Below, piece after piece: positions 18,694-27,961 of a DNA stretch of 64,000 nt. The notes beneath the pieces are model-generated. The model was not told the origin of the DNA. It searched no databases and saw only the letters and a list, made by a program, of their open reading frames with translations. Within the stretch, counting starts at the first letter, position 1; each line of letters begins with the position of its first letter. Made by a program: the position numbers and the translations under genes. The stretch covers positions 777-64,776 of IMG/VR virus record IMGVR_UViG_3300020047_005740; one strand, given 5' to 3'. This DNA comes from a virus. Lineage: Duplodnaviria > Caudoviricetes.

Positions 18694-19917
18694 CTACAAC
18701 CTTACCTCAATAGACGATAGTGCAAGAGACGCCTTAAATCCGTTTACTATTGGTGTACCTACCGACGCTGTTGCAGTAGCTACAGCATTAGCAATCGTTA
18801 ACGTACCTGCTGCAGCTACAGTGTACGTCTTTGTTATAGATACTGTTTCAAATACCGATACCGCATACGTAAAAGGTGCTGGAGGTGTCGTAAAATCAGA
18901 CACTATATAAGAGTATACAAGAGGAGTTGTGGGAAGCAGTGTAGCCGACCCACCTCCATTAATATTCGCTACAAGTGTATATTGAATAGCCGACAAAGCT
19001 ACCGCAGGAGACGTATCGCTGATGCTTACCTGTCCACTGAATACCGCATCATAAGTAACCATTACCTTAATTGCATGTGTGAGAGATACATTGGTAACAG
19101 TCAACGAAACGTTTCCGCTACCGATTGATGCTACACTTCCGACTGCCGTTCCGATGTTTGATGCATCCTGTACTGCTACAGAAAATGAATTTACATCTGC
19201 CTCAAGTACATCTACTGCAGTCTCTAACGCGTCCACGCGTGGACTAAGAGATGCACAGCATGATGATGTTACATAGATCGGGTATTGGTAATTACCAAAC
19301 TGGTCCTGTGCAATGACTGATGTACCTGGCAATATTCCATCACCAGTATTACAAATGTTCACCACTGTATCAGATAGAAACGCATCTATTTCATAAAAAC
19401 CGCTGCCGATAGAGATTACATCTCCAACAGACAGACCGTTAATAGTGGTTACTGTTATCGCAAGACAGCCTGTATCCGTAGGAGCAGTGAAATCAATTGC
19501 CACATAAGGAAACAGTTGTGAGTTGCTAGCTATATCAGCAGGAGGAGGTGATACAGTGAAGCAGGTGCATTTAGGAATCTGTGTGCCTGGGTCAGCGTTA
19601 CCAGTGAGACAGGTGTTCACAATACCGAGCAAGCCCTTATCAGCATCAACACTCACTACCTGGAAATATCCGTACGCGGTGTGCCAGATGTATGACCCGA
19701 TAGATGCACCCTGGATTCCAGGTACACTTAGGATTGCTGTGTGTCCACATGATGGAACGTTCCACGATACGTCAGGACATACACCAAAGGTAAACTGGTT
19801 GCAGTATATCTTCTTACAGTTGTCCTCTTCACAGACATCTGCACTATTGTAGTACGCGGTACCAGACGCACAGCTCGATCCGCTACATGTACTCGTCCCA
19901 CACTTACTGCAACCCAT
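18694..19917 (-). CDS. Cys-rich tail fibre/spike protein
   Basis: 407 aa, 16 Cys in the N-terminal 221 aa, short heptad coil (RVDALETAVDVLEADV), beta-rich C-terminus. Confidence 0.6.
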   Translation of the reverse strand: MGCSKCGTSTCSGSSCASGTAYYNSADVCEEDNCKKIYCNQFTFGVCPDVSWNVPSCGHTAILSVPGIQGASIGSYIWHTAYGYFQVVSVDADKGLLGIVNTCLTGNADPGTQIPKCTCFTVSPPPADIASNSQLFPYVAIDFTAPTDTGCLAITVTTINGLSVGDVISIGSGFYEIDAFLSDTVVNICNTGDGILPGTSVIAQDQFGNYQYPIYVTSSCCASLSPRVDALETAVDVLEADVNSFSVAVQDASNIGTAVGSVASIGSGNVSLTVTNVSLTHAIKVMVTYDAVFSGQVSISDTSPAVALSAIQYTLVANINGGGSATLLPTTPLVYSYIVSDFTTPPAPFTYAVSVFETVSITKTYTVAAAGTLTIANAVATATASVGTPIVNGFKASLALSSIEVRL

Positions 19918-19925
19918 AAGCTATC

Positions 19926-20666
19926 CTAGTAAAGTTTAATCGCTGTGATACTTGCTACCTGTACAACAAGGTTACCCGCACCAATTGCACCGCTATAACT
20001 TGCATTCATTGTCACAAGGTCATTCGAGTTCACAGTCGTATACAGATAAGCCGCAAGACGAACACCACTCAGAATATTGCTCAACCCTGTAACAGGAGGA
20101 ACACCAAACAATGAGTAATTCGTAATCGCACCAGCCGTGTTATTCGTTCTGTAGAACCCGCCGTTAACCGACAAGTAAGCTGCATTCGTCAACGCACTTG
20201 CTGATACACCAAGATACCCCTCAAGCAGGTATGTACCTGGTTGAGTGATGGTGATAACAGGCGAAGTGGTTCCAAACACAACCGGAGCCACACTCGATGT
20301 AATTGTATAACCTACACCAAGCGCACTCTGCGTATAATTAACAGTCGTAGACCCTGGAGGTGCTCCAAAGATAAACACGCTATCCGATGGCACTACAGTG
20401 CCAGCATCAGCGTTCGATTCGAGACACTCGTTAAGTACCGTTATCTGGTAGTTGATAGAGTCTACAGCAGTTACCTTGAACCATCCGTAGGTCGGATTCC
20501 AGATATAGGAACCGACAAGAGCTACGGTAAGCCCAGGTACAGCCAGCACTGCAGAATTACCGCATGACGGTACATTCCACGAGTTAGTGACTGTAAGTGC
20601 TGTACACACAGCAGAGCACTCAGTCTCTGTCGTGCAGCAGCTACAACTTGATGAACAGCATCCCAT
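19926..20666 (-). CDS. Cys-rich fibre protein, paralog of 18694-19917, with C1q/BclA-like C-terminus
   Basis: Shares SWNVPSCG...L.VPG...GSYIW...YG.F.V..VD...N.CL..NAD.GT..P with its neighbour. Confidence 0.6.
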   Translation of the reverse strand: MGCCSSSCSCCTTETECSAVCTALTVTNSWNVPSCGNSAVLAVPGLTVALVGSYIWNPTYGWFKVTAVDSINYQITVLNECLESNADAGTVVPSDSVFIFGAPPGSTTVNYTQSALGVGYTITSSVAPVVFGTTSPVITITQPGTYLLEGYLGVSASALTNAAYLSVNGGFYRTNNTAGAITNYSLFGVPPVTGLSNILSGVRLAAYLYTTVNSNDLVTMNASYSGAIGAGNLVVQVASITAIKLY

Positions 20667-20675
20667 AAACTCTCC

Positions 20676-21086
20676 TTAGCAACACCTACACTTACAGCAC
20701 TTAGTACTAGTACTTGTCGTACAAGTAACAGGTGCAGTAACACTTCCTACAGACCCACTGATATTTCCATAGATGGTCGTTGTCTGAGTAGGTCCAAGAT
20801 TAACCAACCCATCCACTACATTGTATACAGCATCTGTTGGGTCAGCCCCACCAGCCGTTGCATGTAGAATAACTGGTCCCACTGTATCCGAGTCAGAAGC
20901 ATTTCCTGCAACCTGATACCATCCGTTTGCAATCTCAGTCACAGCTCCTGCGGGTGAAGCAAACGCCGCACCGTTCTTAGAGATGGTGACAGTAGGCGAC
21001 AACCCAGTGATTGGTGAAATGTGGTCTGCTGACGAGATCATCAGGAACACAAGCGGCGTGACTGCATCTTCTTTTATTTCATACAT
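20676..21086 (-). CDS. Structural protein with Cys-rich C-terminus
   Basis: 136 aa ending TKCCKCRCC. Confidence 0.55.
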   Translation of the reverse strand: MYEIKEDAVTPLVFLMISSADHISPITGLSPTVTISKNGAAFASPAGAVTEIANGWYQVAGNASDSDTVGPVILHATAGGADPTDAVYNVVDGLVNLGPTQTTTIYGNISGSVGSVTAPVTCTTSTSTKCCKCRCC

Positions 21087-24000
21087 TAGTATGGTCTCCT
21101 TCTAGAATTCTGTCCTGGTGTTCCTGGCTCAGGTGTAGGCGGTGTTACAGTTATCAGAGGCGCTGTAATAGTACCGTCTGATATCTCTGCAACCCCAATC
21201 GCTCCACCTGTACTTGCTGTTACGGTTAATGTTGCACTCACTGGGCTATTAATCACCTGTGCGGTAATCGCTGCTCCTGTTACACCACTAATGGTAAATG
21301 TCGGAGTACCAGGAGTTCCTGCTGTCCAGGTTGTTCCTACACCCGTCACTGTCACTACGTTACCTGTTGTATTGGCAACAAGGGTTACCGGAGACACTGA
21401 CATTGATGCATTTACTACCTGATAACCTACAGCTCCAATTGTCGTACCATCATGTGCTGCAGTTGCATATGCTGCATTCGTTGGTGTAAACCCGTCACGA
21501 ATATAATCGTAGAGTGCAGGAAGCTCAGTCGCTAGGTCAGCTTTCAATATCTCGTATGCCGTCTTCTGCTTGAAAAAAAAAACCCTATAGGTACTCCATG
21601 TACGAAGGTTCCGTGTGTAATCAGCAAAACCTGGATTACCAGACACGTCATTCGCACCAGGCGTCCCTGCTGAGAAAAGAAGGTTGTTGTAGTTATTTGT
21701 ATTATTACCTACAGCAAGATTATACCCGCCGTTATAGTTACAGTTCGCGGCTGTCACTATGTTGGATATTACAGACAGTGCACCAGCATACAGTTTGTAA
21801 CCGTTGTTAGCTGTGAGACTCCACACCAGGTTAGACCGGAATGATTGAACCATCCCTGTGAATCCGGCATAGGTCTCTCCAACCACTGCTCCTTGACCGC
21901 CTGCAAAGCATGTATTGTGCTCGGCAATGACACTCGTGTTTGCATTTCCAAGCATGGTGAACATCGTACCGACCGTCTTATTATTCGGTCCAACAAGTGC
22001 GATGTTGTTTGTAATCGTGGCCACACACGCAGACCCAGGAGTTGCAAACGTGTAACAGTCTCCCTCTTGTGCAGGTGCCACAGATGCACAGTTCATATCA
22101 AAGATATTGTTGTTGTGCGTCTGGTTAGCTGCAAACCCTAATGGCTGTATGAAATGTGGATTCCACTCAGTCGGATTGTCATAGTAGAAGTAGCAGCCGT
22201 CAGTAGATCCTGCAGGATTGAATGGTCCAGGTGATGACGCACTGAATCGAACAAAGCAATTCTCAAATAGTGCCCATTCCCCAGATGTAAACTCCAACCC
22301 ATCGTTGAAGAAGTTACGCTGGAACGTGAAGTCTTCTGCAGAGTAGCCTTTGAATTGTAGGTCAAACACACTGTCGATAACGCGTCTTGTACCAGTACCA
22401 ATCGGAGCACCCGACGTTAGAATTACGTTATCGCCCGTGCTGTCAATGCTGCTCGCAAATGTAGTGTTGAATATACTATAGGTAGCATCTGCTCCTATGT
22501 TAAAGGTTCGGTCGATTCTTCCGCATCCTGTAAGGTTACAGTTATCGAGCCTGAATATCGTGCTACCTGTTGCAGACGCTACTATTGCTGGAACGGTGAC
22601 AGTACCGATTCTTGTGAAGTTAACGTATGTCGCGTCTACAAGACCACCTTCCGTTACTCCACCATCATCGATGTATCCGTTTCCACCACCTAGTGCACTC
22701 GATACATTGATAGGACTACCCACTGTACCACTAAGTGTCCATCGGCAGTTATTACCGTTTGCGCTTCCAAGGTCTACTTTATAATTAGTAGTAGACGGAG
22801 CCGCTGCGAGCGTAGAATCAAACGTAAATCCTGACCCTGCAGCACTGGTTATACGTCCTGTACCGTTTACCTTAAGGTCTCCACGAAGTCTCAATGAACC
22901 AGTGATAGCAAGAATGGCTGTCGTAGATACCGTACATACGTTAACCCCTGCAGCAGGTGATGTACCAATCTCTTGGCTTCCATCAACTGTAATTGTGTGA
23001 CCTGCTGCGATGGTTACCGTATCCCCTACACCAGGAACACCATTCGGTGTCCACTTGGTGCTGTCAGACCAGTTACCAGTTGCATTCGATGTATAAGCTG
23101 TTCCTGCTCCGTCTCCAGCTTCTGCCCACTCAATATACTGCGGTCCCCAGAAAAGCTGTTGACAGTACTGTTTACCAGAAGGATTTACCGCACTACGTGT
23201 ACCAAGATAGGTACCACTGTCATGGAATGGTCCGTTGTATACAGGTAGACCACCTTCAAATATCTGGTCACCTTGTGTTCTATAGGTAGCTCCTGCACCT
23301 ACTAGGTAGAGCCATCCCCACCAAGGTGCGATAAGCATATTCAAATCAGGCTGTACGAATCCGTCATCAGGATTGAAACCTGTTCTATCTGTATACAGAA
23401 ATGACAACGCCTGTCCCCATGCACCCGCCGTGGCTTTCCAGCACGATGACCACGCGTAATCAGCAAGGTCTGCTAGGCGTGTAACAGTAGACGCATCTAC
23501 CGACACATATATGTAGTGATTAATAAGAGCTTGTGCAGTTAAAGCACCCATGAACGGACGGAAGTAATCTGCTGTGTTGTTAATCCACGCATCGACATGA
23601 CCCTGTGCCCATGTCTTTAACTGTGCGAGCCGAAGTATTTGACCAGCATTTAATACGATACCTGCACGTTGTGCATTGATATGCGTCATTATCGCGTAAG
23701 CACATTCACGAGATAGGTCAGGACTAGAGCAGTCTCCAGTCGCAACATATGCCCCATTTAGAAGCTGTAGGTTAATAGATTGTAGAGCGACCGTCGCACG
23801 GCTGGTATTACGAAGCACATCTTCAAGCTGACCGCCTGTAAAGTTACGGAAGCCTGATACAGAACCGTTTGCAGGGATTACATAGTACGGAACATAGGCA
23901 AGATATGCCTCATCGATAAACCCTTCTACAAGCGTATAGTTACCGTAGTAGTCTCCTACGCGATACGCACAAAGCTCTCCGTCGTAATAGACGTTTGCCA

Positions 24001-24109
24001 GACCACCATCGTTTGCCGGATGGTTATTAACCGACAACCATTCTTTAAGGTAATCTGCCCACTCTGTCATGTAGGCCCAGTATGTAGCTTTATATGGTAC
24101 GGCTGGCAT
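21086..24109 (-). CDS. Tailspike / receptor-binding protein, putative (helical N-domain, G8-like module, beta-helix)
   Basis: 1007 aa; TGNWSDSTKW...VPGVGDTVTIAAGHTITVDG module and Asn/Gly/Thr-rich beta-helix-like repeats. Contains the adapter artefact. Confidence 0.6.
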   Translation of the reverse strand: MPAVPYKATYWAYMTEWADYLKEWLSVNNHPANDGGLANVYYDGELCAYRVGDYYGNYTLVEGFIDEAYLAYVPYYVIPANGSVSGFRNFTGGQLEDVLRNTSRATVALQSINLQLLNGAYVATGDCSSPDLSRECAYAIMTHINAQRAGIVLNAGQILRLAQLKTWAQGHVDAWINNTADYFRPFMGALTAQALINHYIYVSVDASTVTRLADLADYAWSSCWKATAGAWGQALSFLYTDRTGFNPDDGFVQPDLNMLIAPWWGWLYLVGAGATYRTQGDQIFEGGLPVYNGPFHDSGTYLGTRSAVNPSGKQYCQQLFWGPQYIEWAEAGDGAGTAYTSNATGNWSDSTKWTPNGVPGVGDTVTIAAGHTITVDGSQEIGTSPAAGVNVCTVSTTAILAITGSLRLRGDLKVNGTGRITSAAGSGFTFDSTLAAAPSTTNYKVDLGSANGNNCRWTLSGTVGSPINVSSALGGGNGYIDDGGVTEGGLVDATYVNFTRIGTVTVPAIVASATGSTIFRLDNCNLTGCGRIDRTFNIGADATYSIFNTTFASSIDSTGDNVILTSGAPIGTGTRRVIDSVFDLQFKGYSAEDFTFQRNFFNDGLEFTSGEWALFENCFVRFSASSPGPFNPAGSTDGCYFYYDNPTEWNPHFIQPLGFAANQTHNNNIFDMNCASVAPAQEGDCYTFATPGSACVATITNNIALVGPNNKTVGTMFTMLGNANTSVIAEHNTCFAGGQGAVVGETYAGFTGMVQSFRSNLVWSLTANNGYKLYAGALSVISNIVTAANCNYNGGYNLAVGNNTNNYNNLLFSAGTPGANDVSGNPGFADYTRNLRTWSTYRVFFFKQKTAYEILKADLATELPALYDYIRDGFTPTNAAYATAAHDGTTIGAVGYQVVNASMSVSPVTLVANTTGNVVTVTGVGTTWTAGTPGTPTFTISGVTGAAITAQVINSPVSATLTVTASTGGAIGVAEISDGTITAPLITVTPPTPEPGTPGQNSRRRPY
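21549..21582 (+). other. Illumina P7/TruSeq adapter remnant plus poly-A (assembly artefact)
   Basis: Exact ATCTCGTATGCCGTCTTCTGCTTG followed by A10; translates to FFFKQKTAYEI on the minus strand. Confidence 0.95.
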
Positions 24110-24168
24110 CGGTTATCCTATATAGGTTTAATCAATTTATAGCACCATACTTAACATTGTTCAGTACC

Positions 24169-24942
24169 CTATTTTAACGCTAAGAACTGAGTTAATTTAA
24201 GCAACCGCTGCCCTACAATATCTCCTGCTGACCCCGTAGGGTATGCACCAGGAAGTGCCGTACCCCATGGATCTCCTGCTGCCGCTAACGCTGCTTGTAT
24301 AGCCTCGCCAAACGTACCAGGGTCAGTGTGTTCAAGAATCATTGCATCCCAAACAGCCCTAGCTAAATTATCGATAGAGAATTCACATTCGCTAGATGAC
24401 ACCCCTGCCAAATACCCGATTGCACCGATAAGCCCCGCAGGTGTAAGAGTCACAGTGCTCTGGCCTGATAAACCTGCGAGTGCTCCAATCAGGGCACTTC
24501 CAGACAGTGTTATAGTTGCTGAACCGCTGCCAGCAGCTACGGATAATATGGACCCAGTAGGACTGAAGGTAATTGTAGCATTTCCACTACCAGACACTAT
24601 TAACCCGCCAGTTGCTGTCGGCGTAAATGTAATAGTGGTGCTACCACTTCCAGGTAGTCCAGCGACTGCAAAACCCGTCTGGTCAAATAAAATATCTGTA
24701 TTGTTGTGGGACGCCAATCCCCCAGGTTTTTGTGGCATCTGCCACGCTACAGGGTGCCTTGCCCCTTGCGGCTTTGATGATAGAGAGCTTATACCTGCAT
24801 CGGTTGCAAAGATATTTCTGGCCGCCCCTGGCGTTGTAGTACTCGGAGTATCGAGATACGGATAGGCACCGTTCGACGTGGTTGCACCGTAGAACTTTAT
24901 AGCCCCTAACGTATCTCGATAGTTGTTACTAAGTATCCCCAC
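24169..24942 (-). CDS. Structural protein (Gly/Ser/Thr-rich)
   Basis: 257 aa in the tail/decoration cluster. Confidence 0.6.
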   Translation of the reverse strand: MGILSNNYRDTLGAIKFYGATTSNGAYPYLDTPSTTTPGAARNIFATDAGISSLSSKPQGARHPVAWQMPQKPGGLASHNNTDILFDQTGFAVAGLPGSGSTTITFTPTATGGLIVSGSGNATITFSPTGSILSVAAGSGSATITLSGSALIGALAGLSGQSTVTLTPAGLIGAIGYLAGVSSSECEFSIDNLARAVWDAMILEHTDPGTFGEAIQAALAAAGDPWGTALPGAYPTGSAGDIVGQRLLKLTQFLALK

Positions 24943-25838
24943 TACCCACCATAACCGTAATCAAAATCTACGAACACAGTACCACCAGATGTCGTTGCTC
25001 CAGTCTGAAACATGATGAACATAATGTTTGCCCCGTCTTTGATCTGTCTAAATGACGGGATGGCGTTGCAGAAATCCATCTTAGAATAAAGCCCTGTTGC
25101 TGGAACTGGTCCTGTCCAGAGAGGTTTTACGAGATGCAGAATAACCGTACCCGATGCGTGAGCCGTACCAGCCCATACAACAGACACAATATCAGAAACA
25201 CCTGTGTCGCCTGCTGCGAGCGGTAAGAATGGGTTATACTTATTAGCTGCTGCTCCTGTGTTGATGATGCTTCCGTTTGTAGCTGACGCGGTTGATGTGA
25301 ATGTGGTGGTCGCTCCTGCTGCGCCTCCAGTGTCTAAGTAATTCACAATACACGTTGGAGCGTTTGCGCCAAGAGCACCTAACGCTGACATGTACATCCT
25401 AAGACCTTCACCGTTTGCGTACCTGTCAACTTTAGCCCCAGAACTTCCAATTGCAGTCATCGTAACTGTCTTAGTCCCTGTGGTGGTTACATTAGTAGTT
25501 GAGAGTTTTACATACCCTATATGGTCTACTGCCATAATGAACCACGGAGCACCTGCTGCCGCGACGCATGAGATACCTGCGTTTAGGAAGTGCTTAGTAG
25601 CTGGATCAACATCGCCCCCAGTATATAGCGTTCCTTCTGACCATGTATCGTCGGTGCTTGTAAATGTTAAATCCGCTGCTCCGAACGTGGCTGCTACTGG
25701 TATGCCTGCGGCGTTACCCAAATCTGTCCATGCTCCGGCAGTACCAGCAGCAGGCAGTGTCTTTTGAAACACGACTGTTCCGGTCTTTCCGTTATTCGTT
25801 ATCTGGTTGATTAGGTCGTCTTGACTTGTCCATCCCAT
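24942..25838 (-). CDS. Structural protein, paralog of 25843-26730
   Basis: 298 aa; NPFLPLAAGDTGV motif shared with neighbour. Confidence 0.6.
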   Translation of the reverse strand: MGWTSQDDLINQITNNGKTGTVVFQKTLPAAGTAGAWTDLGNAAGIPVAATFGAADLTFTSTDDTWSEGTLYTGGDVDPATKHFLNAGISCVAAAGAPWFIMAVDHIGYVKLSTTNVTTTGTKTVTMTAIGSSGAKVDRYANGEGLRMYMSALGALGANAPTCIVNYLDTGGAAGATTTFTSTASATNGSIINTGAAANKYNPFLPLAAGDTGVSDIVSVVWAGTAHASGTVILHLVKPLWTGPVPATGLYSKMDFCNAIPSFRQIKDGANIMFIMFQTGATTSGGTVFVDFDYGYGG

Positions 25839-25842
25839 AAAA

Positions 25843-26730
25843 TTACACGCTCCACATTGTTTCTATATACCCAACTAAAATAGACGATGCCAACGACCCG
25901 CCCATTCCCTTCGATAACAGTCCAAGAATCGCCCCGCTCTTTATTACGGGCGCGGCTGCTCTATGTATTAAACTATCTACAGATGTCGCTGCTCCGAAAC
26001 TCTCTAGGTTACTAGATGTCGTGCGCCTACATTCTGAATTCACTATAAACGTCTGAATAGGTTTAACAATGACAAGCGCCATCAAACCACCGCCCACCGC
26101 CGTAAACGTCACAGACTCAATTGATCGAACGCTACTGTCTCCGGCTTGCAATGGAAGAAATGGGTTAAAGCCGTTCGCGGAAATATCAGAGCTAACTGAC
26201 TGACCACCACCTGCGACAATCTGCGTAAAAATGTTTGGGCTTGTTCTACCCGCTACCCCATCTTGATTAGTGTAGCTGAAAGTAAATTGCCCGATAGTAG
26301 ACGATGCCGACTGTGCAATTGCCATAACATATCCGCTCGTATATCGCGGTATTGTCACAGACTGAACCATGTCCTGTTGGTCGGTGCTGTCGGTGTCGAT
26401 GAACGGGTAGTACATCAAATAGTCGCACAACATCAGCTTTTGACGCTGATTTGTTGTTGATGTCGCACTCGCTGCCGAGGTCATCACAGTAATATTCTTC
26501 AGAACTTGATCGGTAGTGGGAAGGTATATGCCACGAGTCGAATCTATGTGCGCCGCTTCCAGCGGGGTGGACGCATAAAAGTTTGCTAGTGGACTACCCG
26601 CAAAATACGTGTAGTCCACATAGCTTGATGTGATCGTAGCAGTGCTCGTAACAGCTTTTCGAAACTGTGTTATCCAACATTGCCCTGCGGCATCTGCGTT
26701 GGCGTACTCTGCTACGTTAATAAATCCCAT
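25843..26730 (-). CDS. Structural protein, paralog of 24942-25838
   Basis: 295 aa; NPFLPLQAGDSSV motif shared with neighbour. Confidence 0.6.
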   Translation of the reverse strand: MGFINVAEYANADAAGQCWITQFRKAVTSTATITSSYVDYTYFAGSPLANFYASTPLEAAHIDSTRGIYLPTTDQVLKNITVMTSAASATSTTNQRQKLMLCDYLMYYPFIDTDSTDQQDMVQSVTIPRYTSGYVMAIAQSASSTIGQFTFSYTNQDGVAGRTSPNIFTQIVAGGGQSVSSDISANGFNPFLPLQAGDSSVRSIESVTFTAVGGGLMALVIVKPIQTFIVNSECRRTTSSNLESFGAATSVDSLIHRAAAPVIKSGAILGLLSKGMGGSLASSILVGYIETMWSV

Positions 26731-26731
26731 G

Positions 26732-27139
26732 TTAATCTATTAACACATCTAAATCGCCAATGTTAAACTGTGGCTGAATACCATTGGAAATCGACAAGGA
26801 AGAAGTTAGCGCACCGCTTACAATAATCTGCCCTGCGCCATTCTGCGTGGTGCATACAGAGAAGTATGTTGCCGTAGCAGAACCGCCCGTGCAGAGAGGG
26901 AACTGAAGTAATGCCGCATTACTTGCTTCATTACCAGTAATAGTAAACCCAGTAGTACGCGATACAGTAACCCCGTCGTATCCTGTATAGGAGATTTCAT
27001 TTGTTACTGCGGTGCCTGCTTCTCCTGGGTCTGCAGAGTGTAGTCGCACATAGAAGTTTGCGTTACCTGCCCAAGAGGGTGCTGTTGTATCAAATATATA
27101 CGTAACTAAATCATTTTCCGTTTGGTTGCTTGCACTCAT
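26732..27139 (-). CDS. Minor tail / fibre-associated protein
   Basis: YVRLHSADPGEAG...NEISYTGY...FP.CTGGS.TATYF pattern of a common phage tail protein family. Confidence 0.65.
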   Translation of the reverse strand: MSASNQTENDLVTYIFDTTAPSWAGNANFYVRLHSADPGEAGTAVTNEISYTGYDGVTVSRTTGFTITGNEASNAALLQFPLCTGGSATATYFSVCTTQNGAGQIIVSGALTSSLSISNGIQPQFNIGDLDVLID

Positions 27140-27148
27140 ACAAATCTC

Positions 27149-27688
27149 CTAACTATAACTTAACGCTGCTCGGTTATCCCAAATATTATCGAAGTTTGCG
27201 TTCCCATCTGCATATAGGATAACTAAATCTGTAGATGTATCCATACGAGAAATACGCCATACAGCCGCTGCGTCTGACGCACCTACCGTCGCTGCACCTA
27301 TATAGGTAATAGTAGATGACGCCTCGTCTACACGTTTTGAATACTGTACGTCATCCGTAGGTACGGTCGTGTTAGATATTGCTACAATCCCGTCGACAGT
27401 GATGCTGTTACCGCCGTCCTGGATATTTACCGCCGATGCACCTGCACCGTTATTAACAGTGACAGCACCTACGCTAATAGTACCCGATACGACGTTTACA
27501 TCCAGCGTACCTTGGTCACTTGCCAACGTCACAGGGACACTCTGGGCCTTTACCTTCTGGCCCAGAGTAGTAACTGTACCACCCCATGAATTGATGTCTG
27601 TGGTAGAACCAGAAGACGTGCTGGCCCATATAGCTTCGAGAAGCTCTATGGACCTACGTGTTTCTTCCTCTTCTTCCCATGTGGGCAT
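27149..27688 (-). CDS. Structural protein
   Basis: 179 aa; C-terminal VDEASSTITYIG...AVWRI...YADGNANFDNIWDNRAALSYS module, common in phage tail regions. Confidence 0.6.
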   Translation of the reverse strand: MPTWEEEEETRRSIELLEAIWASTSSGSTTDINSWGGTVTTLGQKVKAQSVPVTLASDQGTLDVNVVSGTISVGAVTVNNGAGASAVNIQDGGNSITVDGIVAISNTTVPTDDVQYSKRVDEASSTITYIGAATVGASDAAAVWRISRMDTSTDLVILYADGNANFDNIWDNRAALSYS

Positions 27689-27689
27689 G

Positions 27690-27953
27690 TTAGCTCACAG
27701 TAACAGTCATCCGAGAACCAGCAATAACTACTGTAAGGTCAGTTCCATCGAACTCAAGCGTACCGTCTGCAGGGATGGTCGATGCAAGTGTTCTCTCTTT
27801 GACCGTAACCTGCGGTGCTGACAATACTGTAGCAGCTACCGTACCTAGAGGGGCAGAATCCGCACCTACATTAGGTTGTCCAAATGCAGGAACATCCATA
27901 TCAAGACCTTCTGCATTATCTATCCACGTACCGTTATTTCTAATACCGCCCAT
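27690..27953 (-). CDS. Hypothetical structural protein
   Basis: 87 aa from ATG 27953 with AGGAG RBS. Confidence 0.55.
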   Translation of the reverse strand: MGGIRNNGTWIDNAEGLDMDVPAFGQPNVGADSAPLGTVAATVLSAPQVTVKERTLASTIPADGTLEFDGTDLTVVIAGSRMTVTVS

Positions 27954-27961
27954 ACATTCTC

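Noticed and set aside
15718-20666. MGC N-termini as eukaryotic myristoylation/palmitoylation signals implying a eukaryotic virus
   Set aside because: Shine-Dalgarno sites, coupled operons, a sigma70 promoter, lipoboxes and peptidoglycan hydrolases all indicate a bacterial host; Cys richness is kept as a separate finding.
21573-21582. T10 run on the coding strand as a slippery or phase-variation site in the tailspike
   Set aside because: It is the poly-A that follows Illumina adapter read-through, so it is an artefact.
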